Source: Planctomycetota bacterium (lineage in GTDB: Bacteria > Planctomycetota > Planctomycetia > Planctomycetales > Planctomycetaceae). Taken from it: a stretch of 64,000 nucleotides of DNA. The position numbers and the translations under genes are program-made. Each line of letters starts with the position of its first letter. Position 1 is the first letter of the stretch. Location of the stretch: contig JAYTCW010000164.1 in NCBI GenBank assembly GCA_043736295.1, positions 223 to 64,222 of the forward strand, written 5' to 3'. Shown in pieces: positions 27,079-36,248 of the stretch. The notes beneath the pieces were generated by a model. It was given only the letters and a program-made list of their open reading frames with translations, was not told where the DNA came from and made no database searches.

Positions 27079-28314
27079 ATGATCACCGCGAATACCAGCC
27101 CCGCTCCCGTTTCGCACTCGACTTCCAGTCCGAAGGTCCGACCGTCGGGGGCCTCGCTGCAACGAGTTCTCGACACGAACGCGGCGAAGCGTTTGTCAGA
27201 GACGAAAAGCTCCCGCATCCTCATCGTCGATGACGAAGAGTTGAACGTGCGCATTGTGCGCAAGTACCTCACCGATGCGGGGTACACCAATTTTGTCACG
27301 ACCTCCGACTCGACCGAGGCGATTGATCTGATTCGAAAAGAGCGACCCGATTTGGTCCTGCTCGATGTCATGATGCCCGAGGTCAGCGGCATCGACATCC
27401 TGCACCTGATGCACCTGGATGACCGCCTGCACCATATTCCCGTCGTGGTCCTGTCGGCGGCGACCGATCGCGACGTGAAGCACATCTGCCTGGAACTGGG
27501 AGTCTCCGACTTCCTGAGCAAGCCGATCGATCCGATTGAGTTATTGCCTCGCGTCCGCAACACCCTTCAGAACAAACAGTATCGCGATCAACTCGCCGTC
27601 CATGCTGAGAAGCTGGAGGACCAGGTCCGGCAGCGGACCGCCGAGCTAGCCGCCAGTCGCGAAGAGATCGTCCACTGTCTGGCCCGAGCGGCGGAGTACC
27701 GCGACGACGACACCGGGCACCACGTGATGCGAGTCGGCAAGTACGTGGGCGTCATCGCTCGCGAAATGAACTTCAACGAGTCGCGCGTTGAAGTCCTCGA
27801 ACTCGCTGCCCAGCTGCACGACATTGGCAAGATCGGGATTCCCGACGCCGTCCTGCACAAGCCCGGCAAGCTCGATGACGAGGAACGAGCGACGATCAAT
27901 ACTCACTGTGCGATCGGCAAACAGATCATCCAGCCGCTGACTCCGCATGAGTGGGCGATTCTCAAGAGCCATACTCGCCTCGGCTCCAATCTGCTGCATG
28001 TCTCCAGTTCACCGCTGTTGATGCTTGCCTCGCGGATCGCGCAGACTCATCACGAACGTTACGACGGAACTGGCTACCCGCTCGGACTGAAGGGCGAGGA
28101 CATCCCCATTGAAGGTCGCATGACAGCTGTCGCTGACGTGTACGATGCGCTGAGTACGAAGCGGGTGTACAAGCCCGCGTTCCCGCGAGAGAAGTGTTTC
28201 GAGATCATGACTGAGGGGCGCGGTACGCACTTCGATCCAGTGATCCTGGATGCGTTCTTCAGGCGTGCCGATGAGATCATCCGGGTGCAGATGGAATATA
28301 TGGACCCGCACTGA
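27079..28314 (+). CDS. Response regulator with HD-GYP output domain (RpfG-like, c-di-GMP phosphodiesterase type)
   Basis: REC motifs ILIVDDEELNVR...DLVLLDVMMPEVSG...SKP. HD-GYP motifs LHDIGKIGIPD and HHERYDGTGYPLGL. Confidence 0.9.
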   Translation: MITANTSPAPVSHSTSSPKVRPSGASLQRVLDTNAAKRLSETKSSRILIVDDEELNVRIVRKYLTDAGYTNFVTTSDSTEAIDLIRKERPDLVLLDVMMPEVSGIDILHLMHLDDRLHHIPVVVLSAATDRDVKHICLELGVSDFLSKPIDPIELLPRVRNTLQNKQYRDQLAVHAEKLEDQVRQRTAELAASREEIVHCLARAAEYRDDDTGHHVMRVGKYVGVIAREMNFNESRVEVLELAAQLHDIGKIGIPDAVLHKPGKLDDEERATINTHCAIGKQIIQPLTPHEWAILKSHTRLGSNLLHVSSSPLLMLASRIAQTHHERYDGTGYPLGLKGEDIPIEGRMTAVADVYDALSTKRVYKPAFPREKCFEIMTEGRGTHFDPVILDAFFRRADEIIRVQMEYMDPH

Positions 28315-28338
28315 ATGGCAATGTCGCGGGATTCGCAG

Positions 28339-28366
28339 AAGCCCAGTGGTTGCAACCACTGGGCTT
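28339..28366. terminator. Perfect palindromic hairpin AAGCCCAGTGGTTGCAACCACTGGGCTT between convergent genes (bidirectional terminator candidate)
   Basis: 13-bp arms. It lies 25 nt after the HD-GYP stop and 9 nt after the stop of the minus-strand gene, followed by TTGT. It belongs to the GGTTGCAACC hairpin family. Confidence 0.6.
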
Positions 28367-28374
28367 TTGTCATT

Positions 28375-31300
28375 TCACTCTTTCGCATTCTGTTGCTTCG
28401 CGTTCTCGAGCAAATACCGCATCAGATCGCGCGTGTCGGTCTCGTTCAGGAGTTCGCCAAAGTTCGCGGGCATGAGCGAAGTCTGCGACACAGTCTGCGA
28501 CTCAATCTCGCTCTTGCTCAGCGAGAACTCCTTGCCCGCGCGGTCGGCAAAGAAGAACGTCTCCCCCTCGGTGCGGCGCGGCAATCCGAGCAGCACGAGC
28601 CCCTCAGTTGTCACAATCGTGGCCGAGCGAAACGCGGCGTCGACGTTGCGGTTGGGGGCCAGCATGTCCTCGAGCAGGCGGTCGAGTCCCCGCACGCCGA
28701 TCCCGTCCAGTTGCGGCCCGATCTTCTGACCCTCGCCGCGCATCTGGTGGCAGGCGATGCAGTGCTTCTTAAACAGCTCCAGCCCGCGTGCCGACTGACC
28801 CGTGTTCGACACGCAGTCGGCCTTGCGAGCCGCGATCAGTTTGGCGGTGGCTTCGTCCTCGGACGGGAGGTTCTTGGTCAGCTCAGCGACAGCGGTGTTG
28901 AGTTCCGGGCTGTTGAGGGCCATCAGTCGCTGGGCAATCTCTGGACGGCGGAGCAGGTGGGCCGAGATGATCCCGCGCCGCACGAAGTCGATGCAAAGGG
29001 CTGCTCCGTCGGGCTGTTGGCAAAGCTGGGCCGCGAGGGCCGCTTGACCCGATTGAGGCACGCCGCGCAGGACGACTTCCAAATCCTCGGCATAGGTCTT
29101 GGCCTCGCCGGAAACGAGCGAGGCGAACAATCGTTCGCGCCGCGTGGCATCCCACAAGGCACTGGCCGCAGACGCCGCGAGTATCGACACACGCGGGTCT
29201 GAGGCACCCACTGCCATCGCGACTGCCGCTTGAGTCCGCGTCGAGAGACTCGCCGCCGGATCGCGGATGACAGTTCCCAACTGATCCGCTGCGGCGGTCA
29301 CTTGATAACGACGAACCAGCTGGGCGATGGCAGCGAACGAGTTCTTGTCAGGGCGAGGGTTGAGTCCCACGATCGAGAATCGTCCGACCGCCAGCCAGGC
29401 GAACGAACCACGGTCATCGCCGTCGATGATCTCGATGTATCCGCGTCGGCCTTTCAGGTCTTCGAGTTTCCACTCCACGCGCTGAGCCAGGTCATTGCGA
29501 GGCGGCAGCGTCTCTCGCAGGATCTCGTTCGTCCCAGCGTCGCGCAGCCGCACCAGATTATTCGGCGGTGCAGGGCGGTCGGGCAGATCGTTGTGTCCGG
29601 CGATGAAGAAGCTGAGCGACTCGGGCAGGTCGAACGCATCGGACTGAATCACTCCGGTCTTCTGTTCGCCATGCGGCAAGCTGCCGAAGAACGGACTGGA
29701 CTGGTCTCCATCGGCTGAAGGTCGTTGCTGATTCACGAAGACTTCTTCGGTGTCTAGTGACACGCCTCCCAAGGGGCGACTGAGCCAGCCGAGTTGGTTG
29801 CTGGGTAGCGATTTGAGCGTGGCGATACAGACATCGCTCACCCAGTCGCGCATGACAGCTGGCGGTTCGATCCCTCGCGCTCGCAAGCCTTCATCGAGTG
29901 CAGACAGTTCCGTCAGCGAATCAGTCGGTTTTTTTTGTGAGCGCTCTCGCAGCTGAGTGATCCAACCCGCCAGCTTCGGCTCGGGCAGCCGCTGGGCGAT
30001 GAAGGTGGCGATCTTGAGCCGCTCGGCATCACTTGGCAGCGAGGTGGTATCGAGCGACACCAACAGTTCGGCCCCGGCATTGCTGCCGGTCGCCATGATG
30101 ATTGGTAGAAACTCAGAGGGGTGAGCGATCACAAGAGCAGCGACACTCGGGTCAGTGGCCACGGACTCGACCGCCAAATGATTGCGGAGAGCGATCCGGA
30201 CCGTGTGAACCAGCTGGGTGTCACGGGGGGCGGCCCTCTCCCAGACCTTCCAGAGAGGCTCCACGGACTTGGGGTCGGTGGGGTGCCGTCCCAGTGCATC
30301 CGCAGCGGCGCGACGCACCATCGCATGTTCATCGGTGAGGAGTTTCAGAACGGCGTCAGATTCGGAAGTTCGCCACCGAGTGCGTTCCGCGATCAGCCGC
30401 GCCAAATGGGTTCTCACTACAGGCGAGGGATCGTGCGTCAGGCGATCGCGAAGCGAATCGTCGAGGCCACCGCTCCGTTCCAACACCCACATTCCGCAGA
30501 CTCGCAGTTCCGGAGACTCCGACTTCTTCATCGCGGATTGAACCGGACCGATGACCTCGCTGAACAACCGGAAGCGATCCGTGATCTCGTGCGTCGCTAA
30601 GGTGCGAACCGTAATGTTCGGGTTGGCAAGTGACTCAATGAGTGCGGGTAGCGTCGCGGTTCGCAAGTTCACCGGATTCGGCGGCAAGGCTCCCTCACCG
30701 GTGTAGACGATGCGCCACACGCGACCCTTCTCCCGGTCGCGACGCGGATTGTTGAGCGGAACCTCATAGTGGCCAATCACCGCGTTGTAGAAGTCGGCCA
30801 CATACAGCGCTCCGTCCGGGCCCAGCTTCACATCGACAGGGCGGAACCAGCCATCATCGCAGGTGATGAAGTCGGGTTGGGAATTCACGAGCAGTGTTGA
30901 TCCGTGCGTGTCGAGCTTGTCGCGGTGGACTTGCCCATTGACCGGGTTGCACAGGTACAAGCACTCTTGATACTCCGCTGGGAACTGAGGGGCCTGATAC
31001 CACGCGACACCGCAGATGCCGGTCGAGCCGTGGCTGTGGTCGATCATGTCGGGGCCGTAGCCGAGGCCATCGTGCGGCTTACCGAAGCTGGAGTAATAGG
31101 CCCCCTTCAGCAGCATCGTCAGCGGCATCGAGTGGCAGTCGGCGTCGAACGCATTTCCCCAATGATCGAAACAGAGGCCGAACGGATTCACCTGGCCCCA
31201 AGTGAACTGCTGGATCGCGGAGCCGTCCGCCTTGAAGCGAAAGGTATTCCCGGAGTTCAGGATCAACGACTGTCCATTGCGTCCCGTGATGTTCGAAGTA

Positions 31301-31908
31301 TTACGAAAGCCGTGGGTCGCATAGACCCAGCCATCGATCCACCTCGTAAACGACGAGGCCATCCCGTGGGTATCGAGGTTCCCGATCTTGCCATACAGCA
31401 CCTCCTGGTCATCGGACTGACCATCGCCGTTGCGGTCATAGTACCGCACGATGTTCGGAATGCTGAAGACGATGGCACCATCCCTGGTCGGCACATTTCC
31501 GATCGGGATGTTCAGTCCGCCGACGAAGGTCGACACCTTCGAGGGCTTGCCGTCCGGCCCGATCCCCTCGACGACAGCCAGCGTGTCGCGCGGTGCAGGC
31601 GAAGAGGGTCCGTCGAATCGCTCTTCACGAGGCTCGACGCCATCGCCTTGCGCGGGGTAGGGGTACTCCACCGAACTCGTAATATAGAGCCGCCCCGCCG
31701 CATCGAAGTTCAGATTCATCGGCTGCCCAATGAGTGGCTCCGAGACAACCAGTTGGATCTCAAATCCCGGTGGCAAGTGGAACATGGCCCGCTGCTGCTC
31801 GGGGGGCAGCGGGTCGGTTTCGACAACGAGAGGAGTCGCCTGCGCCACTTCGGCCAAGAGCAAGAAACAGCTGCCGAGAATCCAAACAGATCGGGCCAAT
31901 GATTGCAT
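28375..31908 (-). CDS. PVC-type heme-binding protein: beta-propeller dehydrogenase-like domain + HEAT repeats + C-terminal cytochrome c (CxxCH)
   Basis: I chose the start at MQSLARSVWILGSCFLLLAEVAQA (ATG 31908-31906). N-terminal region LVVSEPLIGQPMNLNFDAAGRLYI...ALYVADFYN is sorbosone-dehydrogenase-like. HEAT-like repeats are present. The C-terminus has CIACHQMRGEGQKIGPQLDGIG. Confidence 0.8.
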   Translation of the reverse strand: MQSLARSVWILGSCFLLLAEVAQATPLVVETDPLPPEQQRAMFHLPPGFEIQLVVSEPLIGQPMNLNFDAAGRLYITSSVEYPYPAQGDGVEPREERFDGPSSPAPRDTLAVVEGIGPDGKPSKVSTFVGGLNIPIGNVPTRDGAIVFSIPNIVRYYDRNGDGQSDDQEVLYGKIGNLDTHGMASSFTRWIDGWVYATHGFRNTSNITGRNGQSLILNSGNTFRFKADGSAIQQFTWGQVNPFGLCFDHWGNAFDADCHSMPLTMLLKGAYYSSFGKPHDGLGYGPDMIDHSHGSTGICGVAWYQAPQFPAEYQECLYLCNPVNGQVHRDKLDTHGSTLLVNSQPDFITCDDGWFRPVDVKLGPDGALYVADFYNAVIGHYEVPLNNPRRDREKGRVWRIVYTGEGALPPNPVNLRTATLPALIESLANPNITVRTLATHEITDRFRLFSEVIGPVQSAMKKSESPELRVCGMWVLERSGGLDDSLRDRLTHDPSPVVRTHLARLIAERTRWRTSESDAVLKLLTDEHAMVRRAAADALGRHPTDPKSVEPLWKVWERAAPRDTQLVHTVRIALRNHLAVESVATDPSVAALVIAHPSEFLPIIMATGSNAGAELLVSLDTTSLPSDAERLKIATFIAQRLPEPKLAGWITQLRERSQKKPTDSLTELSALDEGLRARGIEPPAVMRDWVSDVCIATLKSLPSNQLGWLSRPLGGVSLDTEEVFVNQQRPSADGDQSSPFFGSLPHGEQKTGVIQSDAFDLPESLSFFIAGHNDLPDRPAPPNNLVRLRDAGTNEILRETLPPRNDLAQRVEWKLEDLKGRRGYIEIIDGDDRGSFAWLAVGRFSIVGLNPRPDKNSFAAIAQLVRRYQVTAAADQLGTVIRDPAASLSTRTQAAVAMAVGASDPRVSILAASAASALWDATRRERLFASLVSGEAKTYAEDLEVVLRGVPQSGQAALAAQLCQQPDGAALCIDFVRRGIISAHLLRRPEIAQRLMALNSPELNTAVAELTKNLPSEDEATAKLIAARKADCVSNTGQSARGLELFKKHCIACHQMRGEGQKIGPQLDGIGVRGLDRLLEDMLAPNRNVDAAFRSATIVTTEGLVLLGLPRRTEGETFFFADRAGKEFSLSKSEIESQTVSQTSLMPANFGELLNETDTRDLMRYLLENAKQQNAKE

Positions 31909-32198
31909 CGCGTACGTTCCCCGAGGGTTGAAGCTGGAAATCGGACAGGTAAAACACAGCGTAACAGGCTGCGGCGAGACGGTCGACCTCACGCGGATCT
32001 GTAAGTGACGGAGCCTCCCAGTGCGTGTCAATCTTACCTAGTGTGACAAAGCCATCAGACTTGCCTGATGGCCCAGATTGTTCTTGTTTGTTGGTTTCTC
32101 ACGGGTAACATGGGCCACGTGAAGTGGTTTCGGAGAGAGTGTTTGAAATTCTCGCCTGACTGGCTTCGTTCAAGTTTTTTCGTGAAGACACGGAGGTT

Positions 32199-32558
32199 AT
32201 GATGGTGCAACACTCAACTGTTGGAGTTCCTGAAGGGTTTGAAGCCCAAATGGAAGATGACTGCCAGTACGCGGAACCGGGTTATAGTTTGTGTCCGCCG
32301 TATTTTGTGGAGTCCGAGGTGTCCCAGACCTTGCGAGGCACACCGGGAGTGCATGTCGAATCGTTGTCGGTTCACCGCATCGACGGCGGTGTCTGCTTGC
32401 ACGGCGTGATTGAAATCGACGACCCTTCGACCGATGTCGAAGATGTGATCCGTCGAGCGTTGTCGATCGAGCATGTGATGAACCGCATGGTGGTCAAGTA
32501 TGGCCCCTCAGCCGTGTGCCCGATCAGTGAATCGGATTCATCGTTCATGTGGGGGTAG
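32199..32558 (+). CDS. Small BON-domain-like protein (hypothetical)
   Basis: 119-aa ORF preceded by ACGGAGG. LRGTPGVHVESLSVHRIDGGVCLHGVIE...ALSIEHVMNRMVV loosely fits the BON pattern. Confidence 0.4.
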   Translation: MMVQHSTVGVPEGFEAQMEDDCQYAEPGYSLCPPYFVESEVSQTLRGTPGVHVESLSVHRIDGGVCLHGVIEIDDPSTDVEDVIRRALSIEHVMNRMVVKYGPSAVCPISESDSSFMWG

Positions 32559-32570
32559 AGGCAGGATTCA

Positions 32571-33977
32571 TCACGTGTGGATATCGACGGGGAGTGATGC
32601 GGACGGTTGAGTCGTCTCCTCGGACACGTACGCCACATGGGGATGACTCTTTCGATACCACATGATGAACGGGTAAATCAACGGTCCTGTGGCCATCATG
32701 CACAGGGGGATTCCCAAAACCTTCCAGGCGGCACCGTCTAATACCTGGAAGGTCAGGTTGGTTCCGATGCACAGCAGTGGCAGACTCGCCAACACAATGG
32801 CCACGCCCCAGCCGCCGGGGATCTTGAACGGCCTCTCAAGATCGGGCTCGCGCCACCTCAGCACGAGAAACGAAATCAGTTCCATCGAGACCTTGCCGGT
32901 GTACAACGTCACGTCGGCTTTGGCGACCTCTTCGAAGTCATTAAAAATCATTACGATGATCGAGTAGATCACCCCGCACACCAGCAACGACACCACGGGA
33001 GCTCCGTGAATGTTGAGCCGGGTCATCGCCTGTGGCAGGTAGCCATCGCGGGACATCACGAAGGGGACGCGGCTGTAGACGAGGACCAACCCGGAGTACA
33101 AACCGATTCCAGTCAGCATTCCCATCGCACTCAGCGGATATGCCAACCACGGGCCGACCAGTTTATTAGCCATTACGCTCCACGCCCCAGTGGTCCACTC
33201 GATCCCCTGACTGCCAAAATAAAGCAATCCGACGAGTGCGGGCAGACCATAGACAGCTGTGATCAGAACGATGGCGAAGAAAAGGGCGCGCGGGTAATCC
33301 CGCTTTGGATTGTGCATCTCTCCCGCACATGTCGAGACGGCATCCCACCCTTGATAGTTCCACAGAATGATCGGGAGAGACAAGGCCAGAGCCGAGACCA
33401 GGGTAGTCCCCTCATTCAGAAAGGGACTGACCGCGCTGTGGGGAAACCCCTGAGTCAGCCCGCAAAAAAGTCCCCATCCCACGAGAATCGCGAAGGGAGA
33501 CAGAATGAGCACTGCGAGTCCCTTCGCGAAGTTCCCGATCGTGCGCGCCCCACGCAGGTTCAGCAATACAAAGGCCCAGATCATCGTCAGCATGACCACT
33601 TTGCGCGCCCAGAAGCTACCGCCTTCCCCTTTATCGAAGATCGGGAAGAAAAACGACAAGTAATCACAAAATAGAGCTGGGCAGATGCCGACATCGACAA
33701 AGGTAAACATCCACGCCCACCACCCCTGGCAGAAGGCCGGGAACTGGCCGAGTGCCCGTTTCGACCAGACGTAATATCCGCCCTCTTCGGGAATCGCGGT
33801 GCCCAGCTCAGCTGCAACAAACGCCACCGGAGCGCTGTACAGCAGCGGGATGATCAAGACCAGCAGCATCGCCAGTCCTGGCCCATCCGCGAGAACCGAC
33901 TCCAGCCCATAAGGCCCGCCCGAGACGTTAAAGAAAATGATGCTGACGATCGCCGTGAGAGTCAGGGAGCGTTTCAC
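32571..33977 (-). CDS. APC-superfamily amino acid permease
   Basis: About 12 hydrophobic segments, with LTAIVSIIFFNVSGGPYGLE near the N-terminus. I chose GTG 33977 (AAGGAA upstream). The ORF track extends to a TTG at 34064. Confidence 0.75.
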   Translation of the reverse strand: MKRSLTLTAIVSIIFFNVSGGPYGLESVLADGPGLAMLLVLIIPLLYSAPVAFVAAELGTAIPEEGGYYVWSKRALGQFPAFCQGWWAWMFTFVDVGICPALFCDYLSFFFPIFDKGEGGSFWARKVVMLTMIWAFVLLNLRGARTIGNFAKGLAVLILSPFAILVGWGLFCGLTQGFPHSAVSPFLNEGTTLVSALALSLPIILWNYQGWDAVSTCAGEMHNPKRDYPRALFFAIVLITAVYGLPALVGLLYFGSQGIEWTTGAWSVMANKLVGPWLAYPLSAMGMLTGIGLYSGLVLVYSRVPFVMSRDGYLPQAMTRLNIHGAPVVSLLVCGVIYSIIVMIFNDFEEVAKADVTLYTGKVSMELISFLVLRWREPDLERPFKIPGGWGVAIVLASLPLLCIGTNLTFQVLDGAAWKVLGIPLCMMATGPLIYPFIMWYRKSHPHVAYVSEETTQPSASLPVDIHT

Positions 33978-34087
33978 GAGCGGGGATTCCTTCCAGGACG
34001 GCGTGTATTTTGAGACGTGCCTCGGGGTGAGCCAGTAAGCTTGCGAGCCGGATTTTGATCTCAAACGCCGTCGGATGCAACCGGTCG

Positions 34088-34199
34088 CGCTCCGCTTCGA
34101 AGACTCCGCGTCGCGGCCAAACGGTTTTGAACTTGTGCGAAAGTTCTGATAGTGTCACTTCCGCGTTTAGCCGCGACGCGCAGTCTTCGAAGCGGAGCG
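34088..34199. repeat. Inverted pair of REP-like 35-nt repeats (BIME-like) upstream of the RayT-type transposase gene
   Basis: 34088-34124 reads CGCTCCGCTTCGAAGACTCCGCGTCGCGGCCAAACGG. 34161-34199 is the reverse complement of CGCTCCGCTTCGAAGACTGCGCGTCGCGGCTAAACGCGG. Confidence 0.85.
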
Positions 34200-34225
34200 A
34201 TGTGCGAGAATTCCCGGAGCGTCCC

Positions 34226-34813
34226 ATGATTGCCGGATACCACATCATCTTCGGGATGTACGGTGTCTGGCTTCCAAACGATCCACGCGGCTCGTGGTCC
34301 GATTTCGTCGGATCGTGGGAACTCGCTCGATTCGGTCCGGCCACGAAGACCACTGAAACACGGTCTGTCGCGTACCGCCCGCATGACCATGCACTGCGGC
34401 TGGCCGCCAAGAATGCTCTTCAACGCCCGGCGGTGAAACTCAGCGGGCTTCAGGCTCGCGCGGTGGGACGGGGATTTGCGACGTACGTTCAAAAATCGGG
34501 GTTGGCAGTGTGGGCGTGTGCGATACTGCCCGACCATGTGCATCTGGTCGTAGGGCGACTTGAGATGAAGGTTGAGTCGCTGGTGATTCAACTGAAAGGA
34601 AGTGCCAGCGAACAACTGGTCAAGGAGGAACTTCATCCGTTTCAGGCTCAGCGGGACGATCAAGGGCGACCGCACAAATGCTTTGCACGCGGGGAATGGA
34701 AGGTCTATCTCGGCGTGGATGATGTTCCGCGAGCGATACGATACGTCGAATTGAATCCGGAGAAGGAACGCTTGCCGCGTCAGAAGTGGGGCTTTGTGAG
34801 TGCGGTGTATTGA
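34226..34813 (+). CDS. IS200/IS605-type Y1 (HUH) transposase-like protein, REP-associated (RayT-like)
   Basis: MIAGYHIIFGMYGVWLPNDPRGSWS... with HUH motif LPDHVHLVV. I chose the start at ATG 34226; the upstream part of the ORF is a translation of the REP repeats. REP copies flank the gene on both sides. Confidence 0.75.
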   Translation: MIAGYHIIFGMYGVWLPNDPRGSWSDFVGSWELARFGPATKTTETRSVAYRPHDHALRLAAKNALQRPAVKLSGLQARAVGRGFATYVQKSGLAVWACAILPDHVHLVVGRLEMKVESLVIQLKGSASEQLVKEELHPFQAQRDDQGRPHKCFARGEWKVYLGVDDVPRAIRYVELNPEKERLPRQKWGFVSAVY

Positions 34814-34820
34814 CGCACAG

Positions 34821-34855
34821 CGCTCCGCTTCGAAGACTACGCGTCGCGGCTAAAC
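34821..34855 (+). repeat. REP-like repeat copy 3
   Basis: CGCTCCGCTTCGAAGACTACGCGTCGCGGCTAAAC, directly after the RayT stop (34811-34813). Confidence 0.85.
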
Positions 34856-34856
34856 A

Positions 34857-36182
34857 TCACATCAGTTCGCGGATCGGCAGCGGATCACTGACGAGATGCG
34901 TCGGTCGGCCGAGCGGGGTGTAGAGGATTTGATCGGGGTCGATGCCGAGTTTGGTATAGACTGTCGAGACGAAATTCTCGGGCGATAGCACGCGGTCCAC
35001 AGCTGAGTAGCCCGCGCGGTCGGTGGCTCCGACGATGGTCCCGCCGGGTGTTCCCGCTCCGGCCATCATCACGCTCATCGCGTTGGCCCAGTGGTCGCGA
35101 CCTGCGCCGGGGTTGATCTTGGGCGTGCGGCCGAACTCGCCGAGGACCAGCACCAGCGTGCTGTCGAGCATGCCGCGTTGCTCCAGATCCTCGATCAACG
35201 TGGCGATCGAATTCTCAAACTTTGGTAACCGGTTCCGCAGAGCGTTAAACAGGTCGCCGTGGTGGTCCCAGCCGCCTTCATTCAGCGTAATGAACGGAAC
35301 GCCCGCTTCTACCAACCGACGAGCCAGCAGCACGCGCTGGCCGAATGAATCGCGGCCATAGCGGTCGCGCGTGGCGGCGTCTTCGGCATGGATGTCGAAC
35401 GCCTTTTGTGCGAGTGGCGAGGAGACGAGGTCGTAGCCCTGCTGATAATACTCATCGAGTGTCACTGCCGGGTCAGCTGCGGATTTTTCGTGGATGCGAG
35501 GCAGGCGGTCGATCTGGGTGCGGAGTTCGCGGCGGTGGGCAAAGCGGTCGTCCTTGATCGCGGAGGGCAGGGCGACATCGCGGACGCGGAAGCCCCCACT
35601 GTTGGGGTCATCGGGTACGACGAACGGAGCGTACTGCGCCCCGAGAAAATTCGGCCCACCGGAGCGCGTCATGGACGGCATGGAGAAGTAAGCAGGCAAT
35701 CCGTCTTGATTCCCCCGGACGTAGGACGTCACCGCCCCCATACTGGGATGAAAGCTGACAAACGCACCGCAGCCGACCGGGATGCGCGGTGGAGCGCCGG
35801 TCATCATGTAGTGGTTACCCGCCCCGTGGTTTCCCTGCTCATGGCGGATCGAGCGGATGACGGCGAACTTGTCCGAGATGCTCGCCAGCCGGGTCATGTG
35901 TTCCGAGAACTGCACGCCGGGGACCTTGGTCGCGATGGCATTGAACTCGCCGCGGACCTCGCTGGGGGAGTCGGGCTTGGGGTCGAAGGTCTCGTAATGC
36001 GTCGGGCCACCGTCCAGCCAGATCAGAATACAGCTCTTCGCTTTCGCCCCCGCCGCGACCGCATCGCCCGCGAACGCCCGCATCTGGAGCAGCTGGGAAA
36101 AGCTCGCTCCGACGAACCCCGCAATGCCGAGTTGTAGGCAAGAGCGGCGCGAGAGGCCGTTGCAGTTCGCGTATGTCATCAT
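34857..36182 (-). CDS. DUF1501 (sulfatase-like) protein with twin-arginine signal
   Basis: I chose the start at MMTYANCNGLSRRSCLQLGIAGFVGASF (ATG 36182); the longer ORF-track N-terminus is a translation of a hairpin. WLDGGPTHYETFDPKP and GEFGRTPKIN..GRDHW are typical DUF1501 motifs. Confidence 0.85.
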   Translation of the reverse strand: MMTYANCNGLSRRSCLQLGIAGFVGASFSQLLQMRAFAGDAVAAGAKAKSCILIWLDGGPTHYETFDPKPDSPSEVRGEFNAIATKVPGVQFSEHMTRLASISDKFAVIRSIRHEQGNHGAGNHYMMTGAPPRIPVGCGAFVSFHPSMGAVTSYVRGNQDGLPAYFSMPSMTRSGGPNFLGAQYAPFVVPDDPNSGGFRVRDVALPSAIKDDRFAHRRELRTQIDRLPRIHEKSAADPAVTLDEYYQQGYDLVSSPLAQKAFDIHAEDAATRDRYGRDSFGQRVLLARRLVEAGVPFITLNEGGWDHHGDLFNALRNRLPKFENSIATLIEDLEQRGMLDSTLVLVLGEFGRTPKINPGAGRDHWANAMSVMMAGAGTPGGTIVGATDRAGYSAVDRVLSPENFVSTVYTKLGIDPDQILYTPLGRPTHLVSDPLPIRELM

Positions 36183-36207
36183 GATTCGCTCTCGTTGGTT
36201 GCGTTCA

Positions 36208-36236
36208 AAGCCCCGGGGTTGCAACCCCGGGGCTTT
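36208..36236. terminator. Palindromic hairpin AAAGCCCCGGGGTTGCAACCCCGGGGCTTT between the co-directional DUF1553 and DUF1501 genes (attenuator/terminator candidate)
   Basis: Perfect palindrome located between the stop at 36249 and the start at 36182 on the minus strand. Confidence 0.5.
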
Positions 36237-36248
36237 CATGTGGCGTGT

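Noticed and set aside
28315-31902. Plus-strand ORFs 28315-29202 and 30904-31902
   Set aside because: They are antisense to the PVC-type heme-binding gene (CxxCH, propeller motifs), and their composition is typical of shadow ORFs.
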